A stretch of 32,000 nt of DNA from Candidatus Saccharimonadota bacterium (lineage in GTDB: Bacteria > Pseudomonadota > Gammaproteobacteria > Enterobacterales > Enterobacteriaceae): the NCBI RefSeq assembly GCF_004296515.1, contig NZ_AP018160.1, positions 150,001 to 182,000 on the forward strand, written 5' to 3'. Position numbers and translations under genes: made by a program. How positions within the stretch are numbered: the first letter of the stretch is position 1; the number at the start of each line of letters is the position of its first letter. This document shows positions 1-8,292 of this stretch, piece after piece. The notes under the pieces are model-generated. The model was not told the DNA's origin. It was given only the letters and a program-made list of their open reading frames with translations, and did no database searches.

Positions 1-98
1 ATAGATTATTAAAATTAATTTTTCTTATTGCTATTGGAATAATTACATATATTTTGTCATTAAAATTATTTAATTTTAATATAAATGATATAATTTAA
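1..98 (+). CDS. murJ: 3' end of a membrane-protein gene running in from upstream; possibly lipid II flippase MurJ (C-terminal TM helix)
   Basis: Frame 3 is open from the window edge to TAA at 96..98 and reads RLLKLIFLIAIGIITYILSLKLFNFNINDII*. This is a hydrophobic helix with a short polar tail. It is collinear by eye with the E. coli MurJ C-terminus (..[28 protein letters not shown].., recalled from memory), with the G and Y at matching spacing. Only 31 codons are visible. Confidence 0.35.
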   Translation, partial: RLLKLIFLIAIGIITYILSLKLFNFNINDII

Positions 99-103
99 TT
101 AAA

Positions 104-1852
104 TTAAATTTTTTTTATTATTTTAATTCCAAGTAATTCTAAACCTTTCTTTATTATATTAGAAGTTAATATACATAAATTTAGTTTAGTATTTTTTATA
201 TCTATATTATTTATATATATAATTTTATCTGTAGAATAAAATTTAGAAAATTTTTTAGATATCTCATATAAATATAAACATAATAAATTTGGAGTACATA
301 ATTTAGATACTTTATGTATTATAAATTCAAATTTTATTATTAATAATGATAAATCAAGTTCTTCTTTATTATTTATTTTAAAATTTTTATAACTTAAGTA
401 ATTTAGATTATTTATTTTATTTTTTTTTAATATAGATAAAATTCTAACATATGAATAATATATATATATTGCAGTATTATCTTTTAAAGATAAAATTTTA
501 TCTATATCAAAAATATAATTATTATTTTTATTTCTAGATAAATCAAAATATTTTAATGATCCTATACCTATAATTTTTGATAATTTATTAATTTCATTAA
601 TATTTAAATTTTTATTTTTATTTAATAAAAATATTTTGGTTTTTTCTATAGATTCTTTTATTAATTCTTTTAGTTTAAATGAATCACCTTCTCTTGTTTT
701 TAATGGTTTTTTATCTTTATTTAAAATCATTCCAAATGAATGAAATTCTAATTTAGAATTAGTTATATATTTGGCCTTTTTAGCTATATAAAAAGATTGT
801 TTGAAATGATTACTTTGTCTTTTATCTATAAAATATATTATTTTATATGGTTTAAAAAATTCACATCTATATTTTATAGATGTTATTTCTGTTGTTAAAT
901 ATAAATGTGTATTATTTTTTTTTTGTATTATTGCACACATTTTTTTTCCATATCTATTTTTAGTATTTTTTAATGGAATTAATATTAATCCATTTTTATT
1001 TTTTGCTATATTTTTTTTTAATAAATCATTTATGACATTTGGTATCATATTTTTATAAAAACTTTCTCCAATAATATTATTTATTTTTAAATCAATATTA
1101 AGTTCTTTATATATATATTGATTATTTTTTATAGATATTTTTGTTAAAATTTTCCATATTTTATTATATAAATTATTTTTATTTTGTAATTTTAATAAAC
1201 ATATTTGTGATTTTTCTGCAAAACTTAAATTATTTTTATAATCTAATTTAGATATTTTATATATATTTTCTATTTCATCTATAGAAATTTTTTTTATTGT
1301 TAAATCTTTATGTTTATTTAATTCAATTATTTTACATATTGTCATACCAAAATTTATTCCCCAATCTCCTACATGATTTATTTTTATTATATTATTTCCT
1401 AAAAATTTTAGTATTTTAGATAATGAATCTCCTATTATTGTTGATTTTAAATGACCAACATGCATTTCTTTCATTAAATTTGGAGATGAATAATCTATTA
1501 TTATATTTTTACTAATTTTATTTAATTTAAAAATTAATTTATTTGATTTTATTATTTTTACAATTTTCTTCTCTATATAATTATTATTTATAAAAATATT
1601 AATAAAATCATTATCTATATTAATTTTATATATAAAACTTAATTTTAATAATTCTATTTTTAGATTATTTAATATTTCTTCTTCTTTTAAATTAAATTTT
1701 TTTATAAAAAATTGAATTCCATTTATTTTTATATGATATATATCTATATTTAAACTATTTGTTATAATTATTTTATCTTTTATATCTTTAAAATTTGAAT
1801 TTTTTATTAATTTATATATTTTATTATATATTTTATTATATATATTTATCAT
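104..1852 (-). CDS. argS: arginine--tRNA ligase
   Basis: 582-aa ORF. Class I HIGH motif (MHVGHLKSTIIGDS), N-terminal ..FINIF.. block and overall ArgS layout. The N-terminus MINIY.. aligns with E. coli MNIQ.. Confidence 0.93.
   Translation of the reverse strand: MINIYNKIYNKIYKLIKNSNFKDIKDKIIITNSLNIDIYHIKINGIQFFIKKFNLKEEEILNNLKIELLKLSFIYKINIDNDFINIFINNNYIEKKIVKIIKSNKLIFKLNKISKNIIIDYSSPNLMKEMHVGHLKSTIIGDSLSKILKFLGNNIIKINHVGDWGINFGMTICKIIELNKHKDLTIKKISIDEIENIYKISKLDYKNNLSFAEKSQICLLKLQNKNNLYNKIWKILTKISIKNNQYIYKELNIDLKINNIIGESFYKNMIPNVINDLLKKNIAKNKNGLILIPLKNTKNRYGKKMCAIIQKKNNTHLYLTTEITSIKYRCEFFKPYKIIYFIDKRQSNHFKQSFYIAKKAKYITNSKLEFHSFGMILNKDKKPLKTREGDSFKLKELIKESIEKTKIFLLNKNKNLNINEINKLSKIIGIGSLKYFDLSRNKNNNYIFDIDKILSLKDNTAIYIYYSYVRILSILKKNKINNLNYLSYKNFKINNKEELDLSLLIIKFEFIIHKVSKLCTPNLLCLYLYEISKKFSKFYSTDKIIYINNIDIKNTKLNLCILTSNIIKKGLELLGIKIIKKI
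1812..1843. repeat. 12-nt tandem repeat (TTATATATTTTA x2 plus a partial third copy) at the argS 5' end
   Basis: Read directly: 1812..1823 and 1824..1835 are identical, and 1836..1843 repeats the first 8 nt. It is in frame in argS and encodes IYNK-IYNK-IY. The third partial copy carries the rnhA stop codon. Confidence 0.8.
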
Positions 1853-2309
1853 ATTTATTTAATATTAAGTCATGATTTTTAGGATTTATAGAAGCGTCTT
1901 TAGCTAATTTATCGCATATATTATTTTCTATACAATTAGAATGACTCTTAATCCAATTCCAATTTAATATATAATTATTGCTTAATAAATATAATTTTTT
2001 CCATAAATCTATATTTTTTATTATCTTATTTTTAGAAGATCTCCAATTATTTTTTATCCAATTATTTATCCATATTGTAATACCATTTTTTACATATAAA
2101 CTATCTAAATTAATATTTATTTTTTTAAAATTTTTTAGTATTTCTAATGATTTTATTACAGCTATTAATTCCATTCTATTATTTGTTGTAAAATAATATC
2201 CAGAACTAAACTTAAATATATTATTATTATATTTTATTATAATACCATATCCTCCAGGTCCAGGATTATTTGTACATGATCCATCAGTAAAAACATTTAT
2301 TATATTCAT
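1836..2309 (-). CDS. rnhA: ribonuclease HI
   Basis: 157 aa. VFTDGSC (catalytic Asp), TNNRMEL (Glu), LDS and C-terminal H..D residues. Divergent from dnaQ as in E. coli. The 3' end overlaps the argS start by 17 nt in a different frame. Confidence 0.93.
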   Translation of the reverse strand: MNIINVFTDGSCTNNPGPGGYGIIIKYNNNIFKFSSGYYFTTNNRMELIAVIKSLEILKNFKKININLDSLYVKNGITIWINNWIKNNWRSSKNKIIKNIDLWKKLYLLSNNYILNWNWIKSHSNCIENNICDKLAKDASINPKNHDLILNKYDKYI

Positions 2310-2354
2310 ATTATTTTAATTTAATAATTTTAATTATTATAATATAATAATTAT

Positions 2355-3071
2355 ATGTTATTAAAAAGAATTGTTTTAGATATAGAAACTACTGGAATAA
2401 ATAAATATAATAAATACTATTATATAGGACATAAAATAATAGAAATTGGTGCTATAGAAATTACTAATTTTAACATTACTAATAATAAATTTCATTCATA
2501 TATAAATCCTAATAGAAATGTAGATAAAGAAGCTTATAATATACATGGTATAGATAATAAATTATTATATAATAAACCTTTATTTAGTGATATAGTAGAT
2601 AATTTTATAAAATTTATATATAAAAGTGAATTAATAATTCATAATGCTAAATTTGATATTAGTTTTATTAATTATGAATTAAATTTGATAAATTATAAAA
2701 TTAGTAATATAAAAAGTATATGTAATATAATAGATACTTTATCATTAGCTAGAAAAAAATTTCCAGGTAAAAAAAATAATTTAGATTCTTTATGTGATAG
2801 ATTTAATATAAATAGAGAAAATCGTAATTTTCATGGTGCATTAATTGACGCTATTTTATTGGCTAAAGTTTTTTTATTATTAATAAAAAAACAATCAAAA
2901 ATATTATTTGAAACTGAAAATAGTAAAAAATATGATATCATATTGTATAAAAATAATAATAATATAAATTATAAATTAGAAAATTTAATTATATTAAAAG
3001 CAAATAAAAAAGAATTAAATAATCATATTAATTTATTAAATTTTATTAAAATAAAATATTTAAATAAATAA
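2355..3071 (+). CDS. dnaQ: DNA polymerase III subunit epsilon (3'-5' proofreading exonuclease)
   Basis: 238 aa. Exo I LDIETTG, Exo II HNAKFDISF, Exo III HGALIDAILLAKVF. Classic rnhA<->dnaQ divergent pair followed by tRNA-Asp. Confidence 0.93.
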   Translation: MLLKRIVLDIETTGINKYNKYYYIGHKIIEIGAIEITNFNITNNKFHSYINPNRNVDKEAYNIHGIDNKLLYNKPLFSDIVDNFIKFIYKSELIIHNAKFDISFINYELNLINYKISNIKSICNIIDTLSLARKKFPGKKNNLDSLCDRFNINRENRNFHGALIDAILLAKVFLLLIKKQSKILFETENSKKYDIILYKNNNNINYKLENLIILKANKKELNNHINLLNFIKIKYLNK

Positions 3072-3074
3072 ATT

Positions 3075-3148
3075 GGTGCGGTAGTTCAGAAGGATAGAAT
3101 ATCGGCCTGTCACGCCGGAGGTCACGGGTTCAAATCCCGTTCGCACCG
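3075..3148 (+). tRNA. tRNA-Asp (GTC)
   Basis: 74-nt cloverleaf folded by hand. Acceptor GGTGCGG/TCGCACC, anticodon loop CTGTCAC, T-loop TTCAAAT. No 3' CCA is encoded (followed by TGT). Same position as aspV downstream of dnaQ in E. coli. Confidence 0.9.
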
Positions 3149-3254
3149 TGTTAATATTTATTAAATTTTAAAATTTATTATTATTTAATAAATATTAATA
3201 ATATAATAATTATAATTTATTTATAATTATCAAAATATAAATTAATTTAAATAT

Positions 3255-5597
3255 ATGAAAAATGAAGTTTTAATAAATGAAGAAAAAAAATCAATAGAAA
3301 ATACAAAAAAAATTCCAGTTTTACCTCTAAGAGATATAGTTATATATCCTAATATGATTGTTCCATTATTTGTTGGAAGGGAAAAATCTATAAAATCTAT
3401 AGAAATATCAATAAAAAGTGATAAAAAATTAGTTTTATTAACTCAAAAAAATAATTTAAATGAATCACCAAAAGTAGAAGATTTATTTAAAGTAGGAACT
3501 TTATCGCATATATTACAAATGTTTAAACTTAATGATGGAACAATAAAAGTTTTAATTGAAGGTATATATAGAGCAAGTATTTTAGATATAGAAGATAATG
3601 GAAATTATATAACAGCTAATATAAAAAATATAAGTATAGTTAAAAAAATAGATAAAGAAGATATATTTATAAAAATAATAATAAATCAATTTGAAACATA
3701 TATAAAATTAAGTAAAAAATTATCTATTGATATATTAATTTCATTAAATGAAATTAATGATATATCTAAACTTGTTGATACAATAGCAGCACATTTACCA
3801 ATAAAATTAAATAATAAACAAAAAATATTAGAAATAGTAGATATAAATGAAAGAATTAATTTTTTAATAAAATTAATAGAATATGAAATAGAATTATTAC
3901 AAATAGAAAAAAAAATAAAAAATAGAATAAGAAAACAAATGGAGAAAAGTCAGAAAGAGTATTATTTAAATGAACAAATAAAAGCTATTCAAAAAGAATT
4001 AAATAATATAAATAATACAAATGATGAGTATAAAATATTAAAAGATAAAATAAATATATCTGGAATGAATAAAGATGTAAAAATTAAAGTTGAAAACGAA
4101 CTACAAAAACTTAAAATGATGTCTCCTATATCAGCTGAAGCATCTGTAATAAGAGGATATATAGATTGGATGATATCAATGCCTTGGAAAAAAAGAAATA
4201 GACTTAAAAAAAATATAAATTTTGCTCAAAATATATTAGATAAAAATCATTATGGATTAAATAAAGTTAAAGAATATATTTTAGAATATTTAGCTGTGCA
4301 AAATAGAGTTAATAAAATTAAAGGTCCTATATTATGTTTAGTTGGTCCTCCTGGGGTAGGTAAAACCTCTTTAGGAAAATCAATAGCAAAAGCTACTGGT
4401 AGAAAATATGTAAAAATATCATTAGGAGGTATAAAAGATGAAGCTGAAATAAGAGGACATAGAAAAACTTATATAGGGTCAATGCCTGGTAAATTAATAC
4501 AAAAAATGTCTAAAGTAGGAGTTAAAAATCCTTTATTCTTATTAGATGAAATAGATAAAATGTCATTTGATATGAGAGGAGATCCTGCTTCTGCATTATT
4601 AGAAGCTTTAGATTCAGAACAAAATGCTTATTTTAATGATAATTATTTAGAAGTTGATTATGATTTATCTGAGGTTATGTTTGTTGCAACATCAAATTCT
4701 ACTGAAATTCCAACTACTTTACTAGATAGAATGGAAATTATTAAATTGCATGGATACTCAGAAGAAGAAAAATTAAATATAGCTAATAATTTTTTATTAA
4801 AAAAACAAATTAAAATAAATGCATTAAAAGACTATGAAATAGAATTTGATAATTCTTCTATATTATCTATAATAAGATATTATACAAAAGAATCAGGAGT
4901 TAGAAATTTGGAAAGAGAAATATCTAAAATATGTAGAAAAGTTGTTAAAATATTATTAGTAAATAAAAAAATAAAAAGTATATTAATAAATGAAAACAAT
5001 ATAGTAGATTTTTTAGGTATAAAAAAATTTGATTTTGGAAAATTTGAAGATAATTTATCTGTAGGACAAACAATAGGATTAGCTTGGACTGAATATGGTG
5101 GTGATTTATTAACAATAGAATCATATTGTGTTCCGGGTAGAGGTAAATTAATTAATACAGGATCATTAGGAAAAGTTATGTGTGAATCTATACAAACAGC
5201 ATTAACTGTAGCAAAATTTAAAGTTAATAAATTTATTGTAAGAGATTATAAATTTTATGAAATTAATGATATACATGTACATGTTCCTGAATGTTCTACT
5301 CCAAAAGATGGACCTAGTGCTGGAGTAGCAATATGTTTATCTATTATATCATGTTTAATTAATAAACCAATTAAATCCGGTATAGCTATAACTGGTGAAA
5401 TAACTTTAAATGGTAAAGTATTACCTATAGGTGGTTTGAAAGAAAAAATATTAGCAGCAAAAAGAGGAAATATTAAATATATTTTAATACCTAAAAATAA
5501 TTTAAAAGATTTAAAAGAAATAGAAATAGATATAACTGATTTAAATATTATAGGAATAAGTGATATCGAAGAGGTGATTAATATTTCTTTAATATAA
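3255..5597 (+). CDS. lon: ATP-dependent Lon protease
   Basis: 780 aa. N-domain IPVLPLRDIVIYPNMIVPLFVGREKSI, Walker A GPPGVGKTS, protease active site PKDGPSAG and downstream GGLKEK Lys. Confidence 0.95.
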   Translation: MKNEVLINEEKKSIENTKKIPVLPLRDIVIYPNMIVPLFVGREKSIKSIEISIKSDKKLVLLTQKNNLNESPKVEDLFKVGTLSHILQMFKLNDGTIKVLIEGIYRASILDIEDNGNYITANIKNISIVKKIDKEDIFIKIIINQFETYIKLSKKLSIDILISLNEINDISKLVDTIAAHLPIKLNNKQKILEIVDINERINFLIKLIEYEIELLQIEKKIKNRIRKQMEKSQKEYYLNEQIKAIQKELNNINNTNDEYKILKDKINISGMNKDVKIKVENELQKLKMMSPISAEASVIRGYIDWMISMPWKKRNRLKKNINFAQNILDKNHYGLNKVKEYILEYLAVQNRVNKIKGPILCLVGPPGVGKTSLGKSIAKATGRKYVKISLGGIKDEAEIRGHRKTYIGSMPGKLIQKMSKVGVKNPLFLLDEIDKMSFDMRGDPASALLEALDSEQNAYFNDNYLEVDYDLSEVMFVATSNSTEIPTTLLDRMEIIKLHGYSEEEKLNIANNFLLKKQIKINALKDYEIEFDNSSILSIIRYYTKESGVRNLEREISKICRKVVKILLVNKKIKSILINENNIVDFLGIKKFDFGKFEDNLSVGQTIGLAWTEYGGDLLTIESYCVPGRGKLINTGSLGKVMCESIQTALTVAKFKVNKFIVRDYKFYEINDIHVHVPECSTPKDGPSAGVAICLSIISCLINKPIKSGIAITGEITLNGKVLPIGGLKEKILAAKRGNIKYILIPKNNLKDLKEIEIDITDLNIIGISDIEEVINISLI

Positions 5598-5598
5598 T

Positions 5599-6312
5599 AT
5601 GTTTTTTATAATTAAGATAAATTTTTTATATTCATTATTTATAATATTATTATTTATAATATTAAATTTACATAATTATAATTGGAAACCAATAATAAGT
5701 AATAAAATTATATTAAATTTAATATTTTATATATTAAGATTAATTAATTTAGATATATTTATTTTAATTTTATTTATAGTAAGTTTACTATTATTATATT
5801 TTTTAAATAAAAAAAATATAATAAAAATTAAATATATATTAATATTTAATTTAACTAAATTATTATTAAATCAATTTATAAAGATATTATTAAAAAATAT
5901 ATATAAAATTCCTAGACCTTATATTTTATATATAAATAATAAATTAAATATAAATATAAATGAGTTTATAATTTTATTTGAATCAAAAAAAATAAATTTG
6001 TTTTATAAACTATTTGATAGTATATTAAATATAGATAATAGAATTAATTTAATATATAATTATTATTCTGTAATATCAGGACATGTTTTATTATTGTTAA
6101 ATATATATGATATTTATTCTTTTATGTTTTATATTAATAATAAATATAATATATTTTTAATATTTTCTATAATCAATATATTATTAATATATAGTAGATT
6201 GATACTTGGAATGCATTTTTTTATTGATATTATATTTAGTATATTATTGAATTTTATATCTTCTTTATTAATTATTTTATTTCAAAAATTAATATTTAAA
6301 ATAAAATATTAA
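5599..6312 (+). CDS. PAP2-family integral membrane phosphatase (PgpB/YbjG/LpxT-like; candidate undecaprenyl-diphosphate phosphatase)
   Basis: 237 aa and very hydrophobic. All three PAP2 motifs are present: K-x6-RP (KNIYKIPRP), SGH (VISGHV) and SR-x5-H-x3-D (SRLILGMHFFID). The ATG lies 1 nt after the lon stop. Confidence 0.75.
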   Translation: MFFIIKINFLYSLFIILLFIILNLHNYNWKPIISNKIILNLIFYILRLINLDIFILILFIVSLLLLYFLNKKNIIKIKYILIFNLTKLLLNQFIKILLKNIYKIPRPYILYINNKLNININEFIILFESKKINLFYKLFDSILNIDNRINLIYNYYSVISGHVLLLLNIYDIYSFMFYINNKYNIFLIFSIINILLIYSRLILGMHFFIDIIFSILLNFISSLLIILFQKLIFKIKY

Positions 6313-6362
6313 AATAATTGTTATTAATTTTAAATATTTATAATATAATTATAGTATATTAT

Positions 6363-6434
6363 TCCTCTGTAGTTCAGTGGTAGAACGTCGGACTGTTAAT
6401 CCGTATGTCACTGGTTCGAATCCAGTCAGAGGAG
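6363..6434 (+). tRNA. tRNA-Asn (GTT)
   Basis: Acceptor TCCTCTG/CAGAGGA, anticodon loop CTGTTAA, T-loop TTCGAAT. Close to E. coli tRNA-Asn. No CCA is encoded (followed by ATA). Confidence 0.9.
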
Positions 6435-6440
6435 ATATTT

Positions 6441-6514
6441 GGTGATCGTAGCTCAGTTGGAAGAGTTCTGGATTGTGGATCCAGATGTCATGGGTTCGAA
6501 TCCCATCGATCACC
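6441..6514 (+). tRNA. tRNA-His (GTG) with encoded G-1
   Basis: Extra 5' G (G-1) opposite C73, anticodon loop TTGTGGA, T-loop TTCGAAT. Followed by CCT, so CC is present but not a full CCA. Confidence 0.9.
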
Positions 6515-6564
6515 CCTCTTTTTTTTTATTTTCTTTATTATTTATTTTAATTTTATTTTTTTTT

Positions 6565-6638
6565 CGGTGAGTAGCGCAGTTTGGTAGCGCAACTGGTTTG
6601 GGACCAGTAGGTCGGAGGTTCAAATCCTCTCTCACCGA
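6565..6638 (+). tRNA. tRNA-Pro (TGG)
   Basis: Acceptor CGGTGAG/CTCACCG, anticodon loop TTTGGGA. Near-identical in layout to E. coli proM. No CCA (followed by TTT). Confidence 0.9.
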
Positions 6639-6643
6639 TTTTA

Positions 6644-8050
6644 TTATAAATAATAATTTATTATTAAGTTTATTCTTTCTATTGTATTTTTTTTTCCTAT
6701 TAAATATATTATATAATACAATTCTGGAGTTTTATCTACTCCAGATATTAATTTTCTTATTATAAAATAAAATTTTTTTTTAATATTAATATTTTTATTT
6801 TTTAATAATTTATTTATTATATTTTTTATATTAGATATTCTCCAAATTGTAATATTATTTATATTTTTTAAAAATTTAGTTATAATTTCTATTAATTCTT
6901 TATTAGAATTTATATATAAATATATTTCTTGTATATTTATATTGTTATTATAAAATATATATTTTGTTATAATAAATAATTCATTAAATGTACTAAATCT
7001 ATTTTTAAATATTTTTAATATTTTATTAATATTTTTATTTATTATAAATTTATTATTTGTATATTTTAAATAAAAAAATATTCTTTTTCTTATTTTATAA
7101 ATTGATAATTTTGATATATATAATTTATTTATATATAATAATTTTTTTTTATCAAAAATTATTGATGATTTGCTTATTTTATTTATATTAAAATTATTTA
7201 TAATATATTTAATATTAATTATATTATTAATTATATTTGGATTTGTTATAAAATGTAATATTGATTCATATAAAAAACCTTCTTTTATTAATTCTTCTAT
7301 ATTATAATTATTATTATGTTTTGAAATTTTATTTTTATTAATATCTAAAGTTATAGGTACATGAATATATTTTGGTATTTTACAATTTAAAGATTTTAAA
7401 ATATTTATTTGTCTAGGAGTATTACTTATATGATCGTTTCCTCTTATTATATGTGTTATTTTCATATAAAAATCATCTACAGTTGAACAAAAATTATATG
7501 TAAAATAACCATTACTTTTTTTAATTATTAAATCATCTAATTCTTTATTATTAAATTTTAAATTTCCATATATTAAATCGTTAAAATATGTATAATTTTT
7601 ATCAGGATTTTTAAATCTTATTACAAATTTTTTATTATTTTTTATATTATTATATATAGTTTTATAATTAAGATTTCTACATAATTTATCATATTTTGGT
7701 TTTTCTTTATTTAAAATTTGAGTTTCTTTTATATTTTTTAATCTTTCTTTTGAACAAAAACAATAATATGCTTTATTATTTTTTATCATTAATTTTATTA
7801 TTTTTTCATATTTTTTATTTCTATTAGATTGATATATAATTTTTTTATTCCAACTAATCTTTAACCATTTTAATTGATATATTATTTTATTTATATAAAA
7901 ACTATTTTTTTCTTTTGTATTTTCTATTCTTAAAAAAAAGTTTCCATTATATTTTTTTGAAAATAACCAAGAATATATTGCTATTCTTATATTTCCTATA
8001 TGTAAATTTCCTGTAGGACTAGGAGCAAATCTTGTATTTATATTTTTCAT
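6644..8050 (-). CDS. gltX: glutamate--tRNA ligase
   Basis: 468 aa. N-terminus RFAPSPTGNLHIGNIR (HIGH), KISK (KMSKS-type) and a CxC..C zinc-site-like cluster (YYCFCSKE..LCRN). Divergent from a tRNA Val-Lys cluster as in E. coli. Confidence 0.93.
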   Translation of the reverse strand: MKNINTRFAPSPTGNLHIGNIRIAIYSWLFSKKYNGNFFLRIENTKEKNSFYINKIIYQLKWLKISWNKKIIYQSNRNKKYEKIIKLMIKNNKAYYCFCSKERLKNIKETQILNKEKPKYDKLCRNLNYKTIYNNIKNNKKFVIRFKNPDKNYTYFNDLIYGNLKFNNKELDDLIIKKSNGYFTYNFCSTVDDFYMKITHIIRGNDHISNTPRQINILKSLNCKIPKYIHVPITLDINKNKISKHNNNYNIEELIKEGFLYESILHFITNPNIINNIINIKYIINNFNINKISKSSIIFDKKKLLYINKLYISKLSIYKIRKRIFFYLKYTNNKFIINKNINKILKIFKNRFSTFNELFIITKYIFYNNNINIQEIYLYINSNKELIEIITKFLKNINNITIWRISNIKNIINKLLKNKNINIKKKFYFIIRKLISGVDKTPELYYIIYLIGKKNTIERINLIINYYL

Positions 8051-8091
8051 TTATATACCTAAATACTTAAAATTAATTTAAATAATTAATA

Positions 8092-8120
8092 TTGACCTTA
8101 AATGTTTTAATAATTATAAT
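8092..8120 (+). promoter_or_regulatory. sigma70-type promoter for the tRNA-Val/tRNA-Lys unit
   Basis: TTGACC (8092..8097), exactly 17 nt of spacer, then TATAAT (8115..8120). tRNA-Val begins at 8133, 12 nt past the -10 hexamer. G/C-containing -35 matches are rare in this sequence. Confidence 0.5.
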
Positions 8121-8132
8121 AATTAATATTAT

Positions 8133-8206
8133 AGGTAATTAGCTCAGATAGGAAGAGCATCTCTCTTACAAAGAGAAGGTCGGCGGTTCGATTCCGTCAT
8201 TACCTA
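8133..8206 (+). tRNA. tRNA-Val (TAC)
   Basis: Acceptor AGGTAAT/ATTACCT, anticodon loop CTTACAA, T-loop TTCGATT. No CCA (followed by TTA). Confidence 0.88.
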
Positions 8207-8210
8207 TTAA

Positions 8211-8284
8211 GGGTTGTTAGCTCAGCTTGGTAGAGCAGTTGACTTTTAATCAATTGGTCGCAGGTTCGAATCCTGCACGACCCA
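8211..8284 (+). tRNA. tRNA-Lys (TTT)
   Basis: Acceptor GGGTTGT/ACGACCC, anticodon loop CTTTTAA, T-loop TTCGAAT. No CCA (followed by TAT). Confidence 0.9.
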
Positions 8285-8292
8285 TATATTTA

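Noticed and set aside
3149-3254. Search for a sigma32 heat-shock promoter (CTTGAAA ... CCCCAT-type) upstream of lon, and a sigmaE-type promoter (GGAACTT ... TCAAA) upstream of degP (30539..30708)
   Set aside because: I found no convincing match in either spacer. Both are almost pure A/T. The absence is noted but is not evidence of anything on its own.
3255-6312. Possibility that lon plus the adjacent small membrane protein form a defence-type or otherwise novel Lon-associated module
   Set aside because: Lon here is the full-length housekeeping LonA (N-domain, AAA+ and S-K protease, highly collinear with E. coli Lon). The neighbour has a complete PAP2 phosphatase signature with an ordinary envelope role. 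The tight spacing is typical of the whole window.
6515-6564. 50-nt almost pure T/pyrimidine spacer between tRNA-His and tRNA-Pro, considered as a terminator or regulatory element
   Set aside because: It has no stem-loop of its own. A T-rich spacer is unremarkable at this base composition, and the flanking tRNAs are most simply co-transcribed.
6405-6587. 60-aa ORF in the supplied track
   Set aside because: It spans the 3' end of tRNA-Asn, all of tRNA-His and the 5' part of tRNA-Pro. The open frame is a by-product of the G/C-rich tRNA sequences and the T-rich spacer, not a protein gene.
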